Part shown: piece by piece, positions 1 to 16,649 of the stretch
Layout: each line of letters opens with the position of its first letter
Numbering within the stretch: position 1 is the stretch's first letter
Assembly: GCF_030684315.1 (NCBI RefSeq)
Contig: NC_081391.1
Coordinates: 21,536,629-21,600,628 of the forward strand
Source: Stegostoma tigrinum
Taxonomy: Eukaryota
Reading direction: 5' to 3'
Length of the DNA: 64,000 nt
Notes under the pieces: generated by a model
The model's input: the letters and a program-made list of their open reading frames with translations, nothing else
The model's database searches: none
What the model was told of the DNA's origin: nothing
Translations under genes and position numbers: made by a program

Positions 1-576
1 GGCCTTGAGCTATGCAATGTGAGGAAAGAGGCACATTTTCACACTATGTATGTGGTTTTTTTTTCTCTCTCTAACAAAGCAGTTAGAATTCTGTGGAGTA
101 GATGGTAGGACACTGGGGTTATTCAGGTGGGTGATGGTGACAATGAGGCTGCTGACTGAGCTTTCTGGCTGTGCTAATGAACACATGTCCCTTCATTCAG
201 TTGGACAGGGGCTGAACTGGTCTCCACCTCCTGAACAATAGTGTTTCTAACCTGCAGAGCAGGGATGTCTAATGGCAATAGCCAGCTGTCCCCTTCATCA
301 GGCACTATGCCACATGCTCTCTCGCTCTCGCTTGAACACGGGCCAGGGATTGCATTTGGTTTTTGTCCTTGATTTCCAGAATGCTGGTGCAATGCCTGCA
401 CAAAGGCTGGTTAAGTATCTGTTGTTTGGGTTATAATCCATGGAAGGTGACTTCCTGCTTTGTCTGTTTTTTTTCCACTTAAATGTGGAATCAAGATGGT
501 GCCCAGGTTAGTTCCTGAGTGAGGCGTGTCAATCACAAATTTCAGTCAGTTTCCTTTAGCCTCTCTCTTCCCACAG

Positions 577-1732
<1,156 letters not shown>

Positions 1733-1803
1733 GTGGGGTCAATAATATCTGTTGTACATGGTGACCTCATTCTCGAGAATGGTTTTGGTTGTGCTCTGAG
1801 CAA

Positions 1804-1809
1804 ATTAAA
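1804..1809 (+). terminator. Probable polyadenylation signal ATTAAA of ferritin A
   Basis: About 70 nt after the stop; same motif and context at 5608-5613 (B) and 12104-12109 (C). Confidence 0.6.
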
Positions 1810-2226
1810 ATAGTGTTCACCATGGAACTGAGTACTGTGTCACTTCATATTTGCTTCTGGTTGCTGTTTTAACACCCGATCACAAAATGGATTTTGTTCT
1901 TTGACAACCTTTTGATTCACTGCCTGTCCCAGTAATTTGCTCGCTGTTTGCTTCTGAGTGTTTGTAGGGATTGAGTGGGCAATCTTGTCCTTGGAAATGC
2001 CACAACTGGCAAATATCTGCATTGCAGACAATGCCAGAACAAAATCTGTCCTCTGCTTCCCCAGGACAATTTTTCAGGACTAGCTTCTAGTCAAAACCAT
2101 GACAGAAATCTGTCCTGTGCCTAAACGTTAGGCATTGCCAAGGCCCATCCATTCATTCAATCTTCAGCATTTTTGGAAAAATCAAGCTGACCCTGGAAAC
2201 CAGGAACAAAAGCTGCTGGGAAATCT

Positions 2227-3120
2227 CAGGCCAAGCAGCATCTCAGGCGCACAAAAGCTGACGTTTCGGGCCTAGACCCTTCATCAGAGAGGGGGATGGG
2301 GAGAAGGAACTGGAATAAATAGGGAGAGAGGGGGAGGTGGACTGAAGATGGAGAGTAAAGATGATAGGTGGGGAGGGGATAGGTCAGTCCAGGGAAGACA
2401 GACAGGTCAAGGACGTGGGATGAGGTTAGTAGGTAGAGGGGGGTGCGGATTCGGGTGAGAGGGAGGCAGAGACAGGTTGGACTGGTTTTGGGATGCAGTG
2501 GGTGGGGGGGGAAGAGCTGGGCTGGTTGTGTAGTGCAGTGGGGGGAGGGGATGAACTGGGCTGGTTTAGGGATGCAGTAGGGATTTTGAAACTGGTGAAG
2601 TCCACATTGATACCATTGGGCTGCAGGGTTCCCAGGCGGAATATGAGTTGCTGTTCCTGCAACCTTCGGGTGGCATCATTGTGGCACTGCAGGGGGCCCA
2701 TGCTGGACATGTCATCTAGAGAATGGGAGGGGGAGTGGAAATGGTTTGCGACTGGGAGGTGCAGTTGTTTGTTGCGAACTGAGCGGAGGTGTTCTGCAAA
2801 GCGGTCTCTAAGCCTCCGCTTGGTTTCCCCAATGTAGAGGAAGCCACACCGGGTACAGTGGATGCAGTATACCACATTGGCAGATGTGCAGGTGAACCTC
2901 TGCTTCATGTGGAATGTCATCTTGGGGCCTGGGATAGGGGTGAGGGAGGAGGTGTGGGGGCAAGTGTAGCATTTCCTGCGGTTGCAGGGGAAGGTGCCGG
3001 GTGTGGTGGGGTTGGAGGGCAGTGTGGAGCGAACAAGGGAGTCACGGATTGAGTGGTCTCTCCGGAAAGCAGACAGGGGAAGGGATGGAAAAATGTCTTG
3101 GGTGGTGGGGTCGGATTGTA
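2227..3120 (-). mobile_element. 5'-truncated Penelope-like retroelement (GIY-YIG endonuclease C-terminus plus 3' pLTR)
   Basis: Minus ORF 2426-2920 encodes NVVYCIHCTRCGFLYIGETKRRLRDRFAEH...LGTLQPNGIN, a PLE GIY-YIG domain; same family as 51845-53831. Confidence 0.9.
2260..2287 (-). ncRNA. Minimal hammerhead ribozyme core in Penelope pLTR
   Basis: Reverse complement reads CTGATGA-AGGGTCTAGGCCC-GAAAC-GTC. Confidence 0.6.
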
Positions 3121-3123
3121 AAT

Positions 3124-5542
<2,419 letters not shown>

Positions 5543-7589
5543 GTGGGGTCAATGTCTATGTTGTACATGGTGACATAATGCTCGTAACTTGGTTGTGCTC
5601 TGAGCAAATTAAAATAGTGTTCACCATGGAACTGAGTACTTTGCATAATTTCACAGCTGCTTCGGGCTCTTGGTATTGCTGTTTTCACATCTGATCATTG
5701 AATCCTTTTCTGTTACTTTGGATTAACCTTTAATTCAATGCCTGCCCCAGTAGTTTGCTCCTCTTTTGTCTGTACGAATTCAGTAGGCAATTGATTAGTG
5801 GAAATCCCACAAGTGTTCAGTTCTTTTTTTGTCAGTACAATACTGTCTACTAGCCAAACAATTTTTCAGGACCAGCTTCTAGTCAATACCTTGACTTAGA
5901 CCAGCCCCCTCCTTAAGTGTTGGGAACTGAACTAGAGCCCTGCCCTGTGCAATGCTCAGGTCTCATTGGAATAAGCAGCTGCAGAAAATCTCAGGTTTGG
6001 CAGCACCTGTGGCAAGAACTGTTCAGTCCCACGACCTGAGACACATTATCATCTACTGACAGATGTTGCCACGCCTGTGAGGTTTTCCAGCAATTTGTTC
6101 TAGCACTTGGAATCTAAATGATTTGAGCATACATTCACTTTTCAAACAGGAACATAAAGTAAAAAATGTAAGCTTGAGGATGCACTGATTTTTAAACTTT
6201 TTTTAGATAAGCAATTGCTACAAATTGGTTTCTCTCCTATTTCCTTTGCTTGTTGATCAGTGGAAGGAGTGAGTCTAATGGCTGCCTGTAGGAGAATGGG
6301 AAATCTCGTGCGCTCTCTCTCAACTTTTAACATTGCTCTGCAACGTAAAGATGACAAAGGCGAAGAACACCAGGCAAAAATAAAGCTAGAACCCTAAATA
6401 CCACTCAGAGAAATCAGTAGTTCCAATTTTTAGCTCTTTATTTTCAATGAAATGAGCTCTCCTGCTCTCAAGTGACCTGCAAGTGACAGCACATGCACTA
6501 GTCTATGCCTGCCTAGTTCGTGATGCTCAGGGGGACAGTCTCCTCGAGTCAAAAGATGTGGATGTCTCTGAGCTGACAGCATTTATTATCCATTTCCAAA
6601 GTGCCCCAAGGCCAGGTCAGAGGTGCACACATCACTGTGGTTGCAGGGTCATGTGCAGGCCAGGATGGGTTTTTGACACTGAATTTAATGCTCCTCATCA
6701 GCTCCTCAATTCCAGAGCGTTATCAGATAGATAGAATCAGGAGATCAGGCCAACACTCCTGAAACTTGATGGCCTCCAGCTCTGAGCAATGACTGTCAAG
6801 CTCATTATTAGGTTCTTATTGCCAGAAGAGAGTTGTTCAGACAGAATCAGGTCAACGGGTATCGGCCCAACACGCCAGGAGCTTAAGAGCCTCCAGCTCA
6901 GAGCAGCCGCGAGATTCATTCTTTCCACCACTGACACACAGGGACTACAATATGTGCCGTCTAACAAATGCTGTAGAAATCCACCAAATCTTCTTAGACA
7001 ACACCTTCCAAAGCCCCCATTCATCCAGTGTTGGTGGATCAAAATGCTGCCATTGCCTCACCAGAAGCATTGGGGATCTGCCTCCACTAAATCAACAACA
7101 GTTCAAGAAGGCAAGCCACCACGTTCGCGAATCTAATGTTAGGCCTGATCTTGGACCAGTTCAAATATCTCAGCGTGGAGGTTCTTTTGTTCTAGTTCAA
7201 ACATATCTGGAGTGCACAGTTCTAGCAGGTTGGACCCAAAGATGGTTATGAACAGAATTTCTGGAATGCCCCCGGACAGAAAGTTAATGGGTTATTATGA
7301 TAATACTTTGCCCAAGCCCTTCTGTGTAGAAGTGTAAAGGATGTCTGTGCTTCAAGTTTCAAAGTGGATTGATGCATTTGAGAGGGTAGAGAGAGAGATC
7401 CTGCTTCTTTTCAATCCTCATCTAGGACTAAGAGTGGGGAATATGATTACAATCCTCGCATTAGAAGTAAAACATCTATGATAAAGCCAAAAACAGCTTC
7501 GTTTTGGAAAGGATAATATGTGAATCAGCAGATACATTTTTATTTGGTAAGATTTGATGTTGCCAATTGCTTTCCAATTTGAACATAAA

Positions 7590-8330
7590 AGATGATTGCA
7601 TTTTGGTTGAACAAACGTAGAAAGACAAAACAGGCTCGATATTACAATTCTGAGGCGAGTACAAGAGCAGAGGGACTTTGGGTTTCAAGTATGTCATTAC
7701 TGGAAAGTGGCCGAGCAGGACTAAGCTGCTATGAGAAGGCTTTTGTGAAATGTGTGTTTTCAAATGGACGCAGAGAGTATAAAAGGGAGGAATAGATGTT
7801 ACACCTCTACAAATCATTGGTTAGACCACATATGCAGTGTTGTGTTCAGTTCTGGGCATGGTATTTAAGGAAGGACAGAGTTCAAAGGGCATTTACGAGA
7901 ATGACACCAGGAATGAGGGATTTTAGATACAAGGAAAGATGAAACAAATTTGGAGTAAATCTCCTTGGAGCATAAATGTTTAAGAGGTGACTCTGTTGAA
8001 GTGATCAAAATAATGAACAATTCTGTCAGGGTAAAGGAGAACATTCTGTTTTCACCAGTTGATTATGGCAGTAATGAGGGGTCACAATTTGTCAGTAATG
8101 GAGCTCCGAGATGAGGACAAACCTCTCTATTCAGAAGGTTGTTAGGATTTGGAATCTGATGCCTGGGAGAGTGGCAGAGGTAGATCCCATAGGTGGCTTC
8201 AAAACAAGAGCTGGATATGTACTTGGAAGTGATGAATATAGAGCGTATAGGGCTGGAGAGGGGGCCTAGGTGGGTAGCTCTTTCGGAAGCCGATACAGAC
8301 ATGATGGGCTGAATGGCCTCTGTCGTTTAA
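7590..8330 (+). mobile_element. Degenerate CR1-type LINE 3' fragment, duplicated at about 14100-14850
   Basis: CR1 RT C-terminal remnant (LYKSLVRPH...VQFW-like) and typical 3' end gggctgaatggcct. Confidence 0.75.
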
Positions 8331-8899
8331 AAATCCTCTGAATGTCCACCCAGGAACTTTTATAAATTTTGGGTTTGTATTCCTCTCTGTCTTAAATGTC
8401 CAACCCAGTCCTCTTACATCAGGATACCCTGATCCTGGACTCCCCCATCATTGGGAACATCCTTCCTGTCTTTGCCCCGTCTGATCCTGTCACAGTTTTC
8501 TATGACCCAGAGTCAATTTTCCACCTTTCTGTCTCATATCCCAGCACAACAGGCTGAGAAACTGACACCTCTTCTTCATTGACTTCCTCATGCAGTTTGT
8601 CACAACCACCTTAATTTAGAAACAAAGTGTTAAAGCTGTTCTCAAACCAAATGCAGTTTTTTTAAAAAAGAGCCAAATAATTTATGAAGAAGTGTCCAGA
8701 CCTGAAACATCAGCTTTCCTGTTCCTCTGATGCTGCTTGACCTGCTGTGTTCATCCAGCTCGACACCTTGTTATACAAATGACCCATGACCTGATTGAGT
8801 GGAGCAACAGGTTTGAGATGCTGAATGGCCTCCTGCTGTTCCAATCACAGAATAACCATCCAGACCTGACGATCATCTCCACCACTGATCAGCTCTGCT

Positions 8900-9033
8900 T
8901 AACACACCCTCCCCCTCTCTCTAATTGGTGCCTGTATGAATGGATGGTTCCTGATTGGCTAGCAGCAACTGTCAGTCATCGTCAGTTCTACCTCTCCATG
9001 GGTGAGTGCAGGATGGTCCCAGGAGTATAAATA
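8900..9033 (+). promoter_or_regulatory. Core promoter of ferritin C: CACCC motif, two inverted CCAAT boxes (8924, 8954), TATA box TATAAATA (9026-9033)
   Basis: Motif order and spacing upstream of ATG 9097, conserved in the ferritin D promoter. Confidence 0.7.
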
Positions 9034-9096
9034 CAGAGCTTGTGTGAGACCAACTCACTTCTGGAGTGGTCTTGGTTTTTGTGAGTGGGAATAGTG

Positions 9097-12031
9097 ATGA
9101 TGGCTTCCCGAGTGTGTCAGAACTACCACAAGGACTGTGAGGATGCTGTTAACAAGCAGATCAACCTGGAGCTCTATTCCTCCTATGTTTACCTCTCCAT
9201 GGTGAGGCTTGTGACATTGAGGACCTGACCTCAAATTGAAGCCTGTGATAGACTTGCATTGACTCTCTTAGGTTTATTTTCTTGCTTAGTTTAATGATTT
9301 AGTTGTAGCATGTGTTTTGGTCTGTGGCCCTTCCCTGACTGAATCCCAGTGAAATGGTTCACACTGACTCTGTTGGAAACTTGAAGTTTGTCTTGTATTG
9401 CAACTGACTCCTGGGTGACAATGGCCACTTTGTTATCTCTGGACAATGTACTCCTTAGTGACTTTTCTCCTTCCTCTGAAGGGATGAGCTGATGTTGCTG
9501 ATAAACCTATATTTTCCTTAAATTTAGTTGCAATTTATTTTAAAGAAAAGCTTTCCCTAGTGTGAATGTGTCTATGCAAAACATGCTCCCCCTTAAAATG
9601 TTGCCCCATTCACCAGGCTGCCCTCTGCTCTGGCCCTAAATGAGTTTTTTCTTTGCTAAATGAACTGCAACTGCTGGAAATTAGAAATAGGAACAAAAAT
9701 AGCTGGAATAGCTTTACAGATCTGGCAGGACTTAAAGAAATCAGTTCATGTTTTGGGTCCAGTGACCCTTCCTTGGAAGTCCTCCTCCTAGCTATTCAGT
9801 AGGAGGAAAGACAAGTGTGGCATGTTTTCACACTCCAAATGGGAATTACTGAAGAAAAAAGACCCGTTAGAAGTCAGTGCTGGGGAGATGGTAGGAGAGT
9901 GGGGTTATTCAGGTGGGTGATGTTGGTAATGCTGGAGCTCACTGCGATTCATGGCTTGGTTCATCCACGTGTCCTTCCACTCAGTGCTGTGTCCCTGATT
10001 GGCTGGTTCTATGTCCTCTCTTTGGGCTATAATCCATGGGAGAAGACTTCCTGCTTCTGCCTGTCCATGTTCTAGTCATTAAAATGTCCAGTTCTGGTTG
10101 CCACATTAACAAAGGGATGTGAATGCTTTGGAAGGGGTGCAGAGGAGGTTCACCAGGATGTTGTCTGGTATGGAGGGTGTGAGCTAGGAAGCAAGTTTGA
10201 GTAGATGAGGATTATTTTCATTTGGGGGTGGGTCCTGATTGAGCTCCTTAAATTCATGATTTGTGTAGATAAGGTGGCTAGCAAGAACTCTTTCCTAGAG
10301 TGGGGGATTCAATTACTAGGGGTCATGAGTTCAAAGTAAGAGCAGGAAAGTGTTTTTTTTTGTTTGGAGATTGGGTTAGATTGCTTTTCAGTGTGGAAAC
10401 AGGCCCTAAGTTCCAAGTCCACACTGGCCCTTGACGCATCCCACCCAGACCCATTCCCCTATAAACCCCATACCTCTGAATGCTACGGGCAATTTATCAC
10501 ATGGATATGTTTGGAAAGCTCTTTACGCAGAGGTTGGAGGGTGCCTGGCACACATTGCCTGTGGAGGTGGTAGATGCAGTCACGCTAGTGTCTTAAGATC
10601 TATCTGGACAGGTACATGGATGGGCAGGGAGCAAAGGGATACAGACCCTATGAAAATAGATGACTGATTTGAGACAAGATCTCACTCTGTGCAGCCTTGG
10701 AGGGTCAAAGAGCCTGTTCCTGTGCTGTAGCTTTTTTGTCATTAAATGTGGAATCAAGATGGTGACTGGGTTAGTTTCTGATTGAGGAGTGCCATTGAAT
10801 TTCAGATACATTTCCCCTTCCTGCCTTTCTCTTCCCCACAGTTCTCTTACTTTGACCAGGATGATGTTGCCCTGCGTCACTTTGCTGAGTTCTTCAAGGA
10901 GCAGTCCCATGAGGAGCGGGAACATGCTGAGAAGCTGATCACATTCCAGAATAAACGTGGAGGTTGTGTCCTTCTGCAGGACATCAAGGTTGGATTCTAA
11001 TTTTTTTCAGCTCACTACAATTGACTGGTATCTCAATATGCTCAGGTTCAGGATTGGGCAAATGCTGTGTGAATGGGAGGTTGCTCACCACAATACGATT
11101 CCCTTCATTAAAAGGAAATACTTTGTACTTGTGATTCAACAACAGTCAGCAATTGTGATCCACCAAAACACTGGTGAGCAAATGTCTGTATACAGTGCTG
11201 CTTTGGACAAGATGAGGTGTCAAAAGGAAAAACAGAAATCTTTCAGGTGTGGAAAGCATCAGTATGAAGCTTTATGCATCGAAGATGTTTCTGATGCCTT
11301 GAGATCACTCTGATCACAGCATAGCAGGATCTGTTTAGAAATGTCCCCTTCAAGAACAGTACCAAATACAGCAGGTGTTTCACCAAGGTCAAGTTGGCCT
11401 GTAGTACCTCCCCTACAATGATGAGGGATAACTAACTAACTGATCAGATGTAGACTAATGATACAACTGCCTGCTGAGCTGTGCTTTCTGTTCCTGCTTC
11501 CCTCCCTCCAGAAGCCAGAGCAGGATGAGTGGGGCAATGGTCTGGAGGTAATGCAGAGAGCTCTGCAGATGGAAAAGGATGTGAACCAGAGTCTGCTGGA
11601 TCTGCACAAACTGGCCTCTGGCCACACGGACCCTCATGTGAGTGTGTATTTTTAAATCAGGGTTTTTGGGATTTTAAAAATAGGGATCAGACACTTGGTC
11701 CTCTTTGTTAGCCACAAGATCTCATTTGACATTGTGGAGTGTTTTCTTGGGTTATACCAAGATCCTCCAGTTTCTAAAACTGAGTGCTTTCTCAAGTGTA
11801 TTTGGCAATCTCCATTACATCACTTCACTGGTCTCCCAAGCTGTATTTTGCTGGATTTAACCAGTTCCCCTCTTTGCTTTCTAGCTGTGTGACTTCCTGG
11901 AGAGGCACTACTTGGATGAGCAAGTGAAGATGATCAAGAAGCTGGGAGATCACATCACCAACCTGAAGAGACTGGGAGCCCCTGCCAATGGCATGGGAGA
12001 GTACCTGTTTGACAAGCTCTCACTCAGCTGA
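9097..12031 (+). CDS. Ferritin C, M/H-type subunit, 173-174 aa; exons 9097-9201, 10842-10988, 11512-11637, 11885-12031
   Basis: Complete spliced [33 protein letters not shown]...[10 protein letters not shown] with GT-AG introns and all seven ferroxidase ligands. Confidence 0.95.
10076..10746 (+). mobile_element. CR1 3' fragment with a nested inverted HE1-SINE tail (about 10374-10504) in intron 1 of ferritin C
   Basis: Absent from the homologous introns of A and B; flanked by direct repeat gtcattaaa (10076 and 10738). Confidence 0.7.
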
Positions 12032-15000
12032 ATGGGGTTAATACCTATATCTGTTGTACATGGTGACTTCAGTCTACTAAATGACTAGTTGTTCTCTGAG
12101 CAAATTAAAATAGTGTTCACCATGGAACTGAGTGCAGTGTAATTTTCATAGCTTCTGGTTCTTGGAGGTTTTTGTGTTTTAACATCTGGTAATCAAATCC
12201 ATTTTCTGTTCTTTCCTGCAACCTTTGATTCAATGCCTGCCCCAGTAACTTGCTCAGTGTTTTCATTCTGCTGAGTGTCTGTTGGGATTGAGTGGGCAAT
12301 CCTTAGTTGAAATTCCACAACTAAAAAGTTAATGCTGATTTATGTCATCTACTTGCAGGGACAATTTTGCAGGACCAGCTTCTAATCAATACACTGACTG
12401 AAATCAGTCCTTTGCCCAAAGATTAGGCACTGATCTAATGCACTACCCTTGGCCATGTTTTTGGGTCTTTTTTCCTTTAAATAAGCAGATTCTGGAAACC
12501 AGGAACAAAACCCCCTGGGAAATCTCCTAGTTTGGCAGCCTTTGTAGGGAGAAGCATTGAACAGAACCTGGACCTGAGATGTGATCATCTCTTGACTGAC
12601 TCTGCTGGCAGACCTGAGGTTTTATCCAGCAATTTGTTCTAATGCTTGGATGCTACTGATTTTAGCACATCATACAATTCCTCATCAGATGAATATCAAG
12701 TTAACATTTATCTAGTAAGATACATTGCTTTTCTACTCCTTTCTTTTAGCTAAGTAATTGCTTATGATGTCATTGTTCTGTGAGCTAGGGAATTAGTTTC
12801 TCCAGTATTTCCTCTTCCTTGCAGGAGAATGAAACATCTGCCTTCTCTCACCATGCTTGGAAATGAAGCAGTGCCTGCCTTGTGACCTGAGATAATTTCT
12901 CTCATTGCCTGAGAAGGCAGAAGTGACAAATACCGAGGATGCCTTGTGCAAATAAAGCTAGAATGCAAATACCACTTGCAGAAATCAGCAGTTCTGTTTG
13001 TAGCAAGGAAATGAGCTCTCCTGATGTAGACTGACCAGCAGATACCGACACCTGCAATGCACTATGGCTGCCTAATTATTGATGCTCAGGGGTGACAGTT
13101 TCCTTTTATTTCAAGGATGAGGCTGTCTCTGAGCTGCCACCACTTATTTATCCATGGCTCATTGCCCCCTCCACACTCACTCTCCTTTCTTTCCCCGGCC
13201 CCACCCCAAGGCCCGGTCCCAGTCACACACATTGCTGTGGTTGCAGGGTCATATGCAGTACGCAGGCCAGACTAGGTAAGGATGGGTTTTTTGATCCTCA
13301 TCCCTCCCAGCTGTCACTAGATTCATTCTTTCCACCACTGACACGCAGGGACTACACTGTGTACCTTCCAACTGCTGCAGAAATCCACCAAAGCTCCTGA
13401 GACAATAGTTTCCAAAGCCCTAATTACTTGCCATGGGAGAAGGGCAGCTGTTACAGGGGCGTACCACCCCCCTCTGAGTTCTCCACCAAGCGACTCGCCA
13501 TCCTAAGTTGGAAACGTGACCCCATCCTCCAGTGTCGGTGGATCAGAAACCTGGAATTCTCTCACTAGGAACATTGTGGATCTGACTACAGCAAATAGGC
13601 AACAGCAATTCAAGAAGGCAAGCCACCACGTTCTTGGGCCTCATCTCTGAGGGTTTCAAATACCTCTGGATGGAGGTTCTTTTGTGAAATTGTCACGTTC
13701 TAGTTCAACCACATCTGGAGTGCACCGTTCTAGCAGGTTGGACCCAAAGATGCATGTGCACAGAATTTCTGGAATGAACCTGGCCAGAAAGTTAATTGGT
13801 TATGATGACAATAGTTTTGCCAAGCCCCTCTCCGTAGAAGTGGAAGGGATGTCTGTATGTCTGTCATTGAAATTTCCAAGTGGATTCACGGATTTGATAG
13901 GGTAGATAGATACTGCTTCTTATCAATTCGCATCCAGGACTGAGAGTGGGGAATATGATTACATTCCTAGCATTAGAAGTGAATCATCTACGATAAAGCC
14001 AAAAACAGCTGCTCCTTGGAAAGGATAATATGTGAATGAGCAGTTAAACACTTATTCAGTAAAATTTGATGTTGCCAATCACCTTCCCGTTTCATCATAA
14101 AAGATGAATGCATTTTGGTTGAGAAACATGGAAAGACAAAACAGGCTCGATGTTACAAATCTGAGGTGAGTACAAGAGCAGAGGGACTTTGGGTTTCAAG
14201 TATGTGATTATCTGAAAGTGGCCGAGCGGGACTAACCTGCTCTGAAGAAGGCTTTTGTGAAATGTGTGTTTTCAAATAGACGCAGAGAGTATAAAAGGGA
14301 GGAATAGATGTTACACCTCTACAAATCATGGGTTAGACCAGATTTGCAGTATTGTGTTCAGTTCTGGGCATGGTATTCAAGGAAGGACATTAAAGCCCTG
14401 GACAGAGTTCAAAGGGCATTTACGAGAATGACACAGGAATGAGGGATTTTAGATACAAGGAAAGATAAAAGAAATTGGGGTAAATCTCCTTGGAGCATAA
14501 ATGTTTAAGAGGTGACCCTGTTGAAGTGATCAAAATAATGAACAATTCTGTCAGGGTGAAGAAGGATATTCTGTTTTCACCAGTTGATTATGGCAGTAAT
14601 GAGGGGTCACAATTTGTCAGTAAGGGAGCTCTGAGATGAGGACAAACCTCTCTATTCAGAGGGTTGTTAGGATTTGGAATGTGATGCCTGGGAGAGTGGC
14701 GGAGGTAGATCCCATAGGTGGCTTCAAAACAAGAGCTGGATATATACTTGGGAGTGACGAATATAGAGGGTATAGGGCTGGAGAGGGGGACTAGGTGGGT
14801 AGCTCTTTCAGAAGCCAATACGGACGTGATGGTCTGAATGGCCTCTGTCGTTAAAAATCCTCTGAATATCCACCCACGAAATTTTGTGAATTTTGGGTTT
14901 GTATTCCTCTCAGTTTTAAATGTCCAACCCAGTCCTCTTAGATTAGGATACGCCGTTCCTGGACTCTCCCATCATCTCCTCTCCACCTATCTTCTTTCAT

Positions 15001-15065
15001 CTCCATCTTCGGTCCGCCTCCCCCTCTCTCCCTATTTATTCCAGAACCGTCTCCCATCCCCCTCT

Positions 15066-15093
15066 CTGATGAAGGGTCTAGGCCCGAAACGTC
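15066..15093 (+). ncRNA. Minimal hammerhead ribozyme core (Penelope pLTR fragment)
   Basis: CTGATGA-AGGGTCTAGGCCC-GAAAC-GTC. Confidence 0.6.
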
Positions 15094-15199
15094 AACTTTT
15101 GTGCTCCTGAGATGCTGCTTGCCCTGCTGTGTTCATCCAGCTTCACATTGTGTTATCTTACTTTTAGATTGTTATTGGGTAAGGTTTGACGTTGGTAAT

Positions 15200-15890
15200 C
15201 ATTTCCTAATTTCAATACAAATGTGAGGAAATGCATTTTGGTAGAAGAAATACAGATGGGCAATATAGGCTCAATGGTAGAGCTTAGAGGTGAGTACAAA
15301 AGCAGAGAAAGCTGAGTTCAAGTACATAATTATCTGAAAGTGGTCAGGCAAGATGAAGTTTTTATTAAGAAGGCTTATAGAATCCTTGTGTTTTTAAAGA
15401 GAGGCATAGAGTACAAAAGCAAGGAATTGTTGCGAAACCTTTACAAATCATTGGTCAGACCACATCTGGAGTTTTGTGTTCAGTTCGGGCCACCACTCTT
15501 AAGGAGGGATGTTAAAGAGCTAGGGAGAGTTCAGACGAGGTTGACAAGAATGAAACCAGGAATGAGGGATTTTAGACACAAAAGTATATTAAAGAAATCA
15601 GGCTTTTTCCTCCCTGGAGCAGAGAAGATTAAAAAGTGACCTTATTGAGGTGTTCAAACTCAAATAATTTTGTCAGAATAAAGGGGGACATTCTGTTTAC
15701 AGCAGGTAGTACGTCAGTGAGTGGCGGTCATAATTTGTTAGCAATTAGACATCAGAGTGAGATGAAGAGAAACCTCTTTATTCAGAGAGTTGTTTAGATT
15801 TGGAATGTGCTGCCCGGGAGAGTGGTGGTGGTCGTGGAGGATTCCATGGGAGGTTTCAAAAAAATAAAGAGCTGGATACATATTTGATAG
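15200..15890 (+). mobile_element. CR1-type LINE 3' fragment
   Basis: ORF 15340-15639 encodes RGIEYKSKELLRNLYKSLVRPHLEFCVQF, the CR1 RT C-terminus. Confidence 0.8.
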
Positions 15891-16649
15891 GAAAACCAAA
15901 AGAACTCTGTTTGCTGTAAATCAGGAACAAAAATAGTTGCTGGAAAAGTTCTGCAGGTCTGGCAGCACAGATGCCACTGATGTACTCTCTGATGAAGGGT
16001 CTAGGCCCGAAACATCAGCTTTTGTGCTCCTGAGACACTGCTTGGCCTGCTGTGTTTATCCAGCTCCACACTTTGTTATCTTGTATTCTTCAGCATCTGC
16101 AGTTCCCATTACCACTGACGTACTACCTGCTGTAAACAGAATGTCAGGATAAAGGGGGACAAAATTGTTTGAGTTTGAACACTGCAATAAGGTCACTTTT
16201 TAATCTTCTCTGCTCCAGGGAGGAAAAGTCCTGATTTCTTTGGCCTACCTCATATCTTTACACTGCGACCCCCTGTTCTGGACTTCCCCCCCCCCCCACC
16301 ATGGTGAACATCCTTCTTGTTTCTGTCCCATCTGGTGCTGTTACAATTTTCTATGTGCTCAGGCTAATCTTCCACCTTTCACACCCAAATCCCAGCACAA
16401 CAGGCAGAAAAACTGACCCCCACCCCCTTCAATGAACCGCACCTGAAGTTGGTCACAACAGAACTTATCTTAAAAGGGAAACTTTTTCTCAATTCAGATC
16501 AATTTCTTTTTAAAAAAAAGAACCAAATGACCTATGACATGATTGAGTGGTGCGGCAGGTTTGAGATGCCGAATGGCCTCCTGCTGTTCCAATCACACAA
16601 TAACCATCCAGACCTGATTACCATCTCCACCTGTGATCAGCTCTGCTTA

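Larger units (their letters stand above)
5543..9096 (+). repeat. Intergenic unit of the tandem duplication (B to C), homologous to 12032-16847
   Basis: Collinear shared 3' UTR, LINE fragments and promoter block in both spacers. Confidence 0.85.

Noticed and set aside
119-160. GTGATG...CTGA in intron 1 as a C/D-box snoRNA
   Set aside because: Imperfect C box, only about 25 nt between boxes, no terminal stem, and conservation lies upstream of the putative C box.
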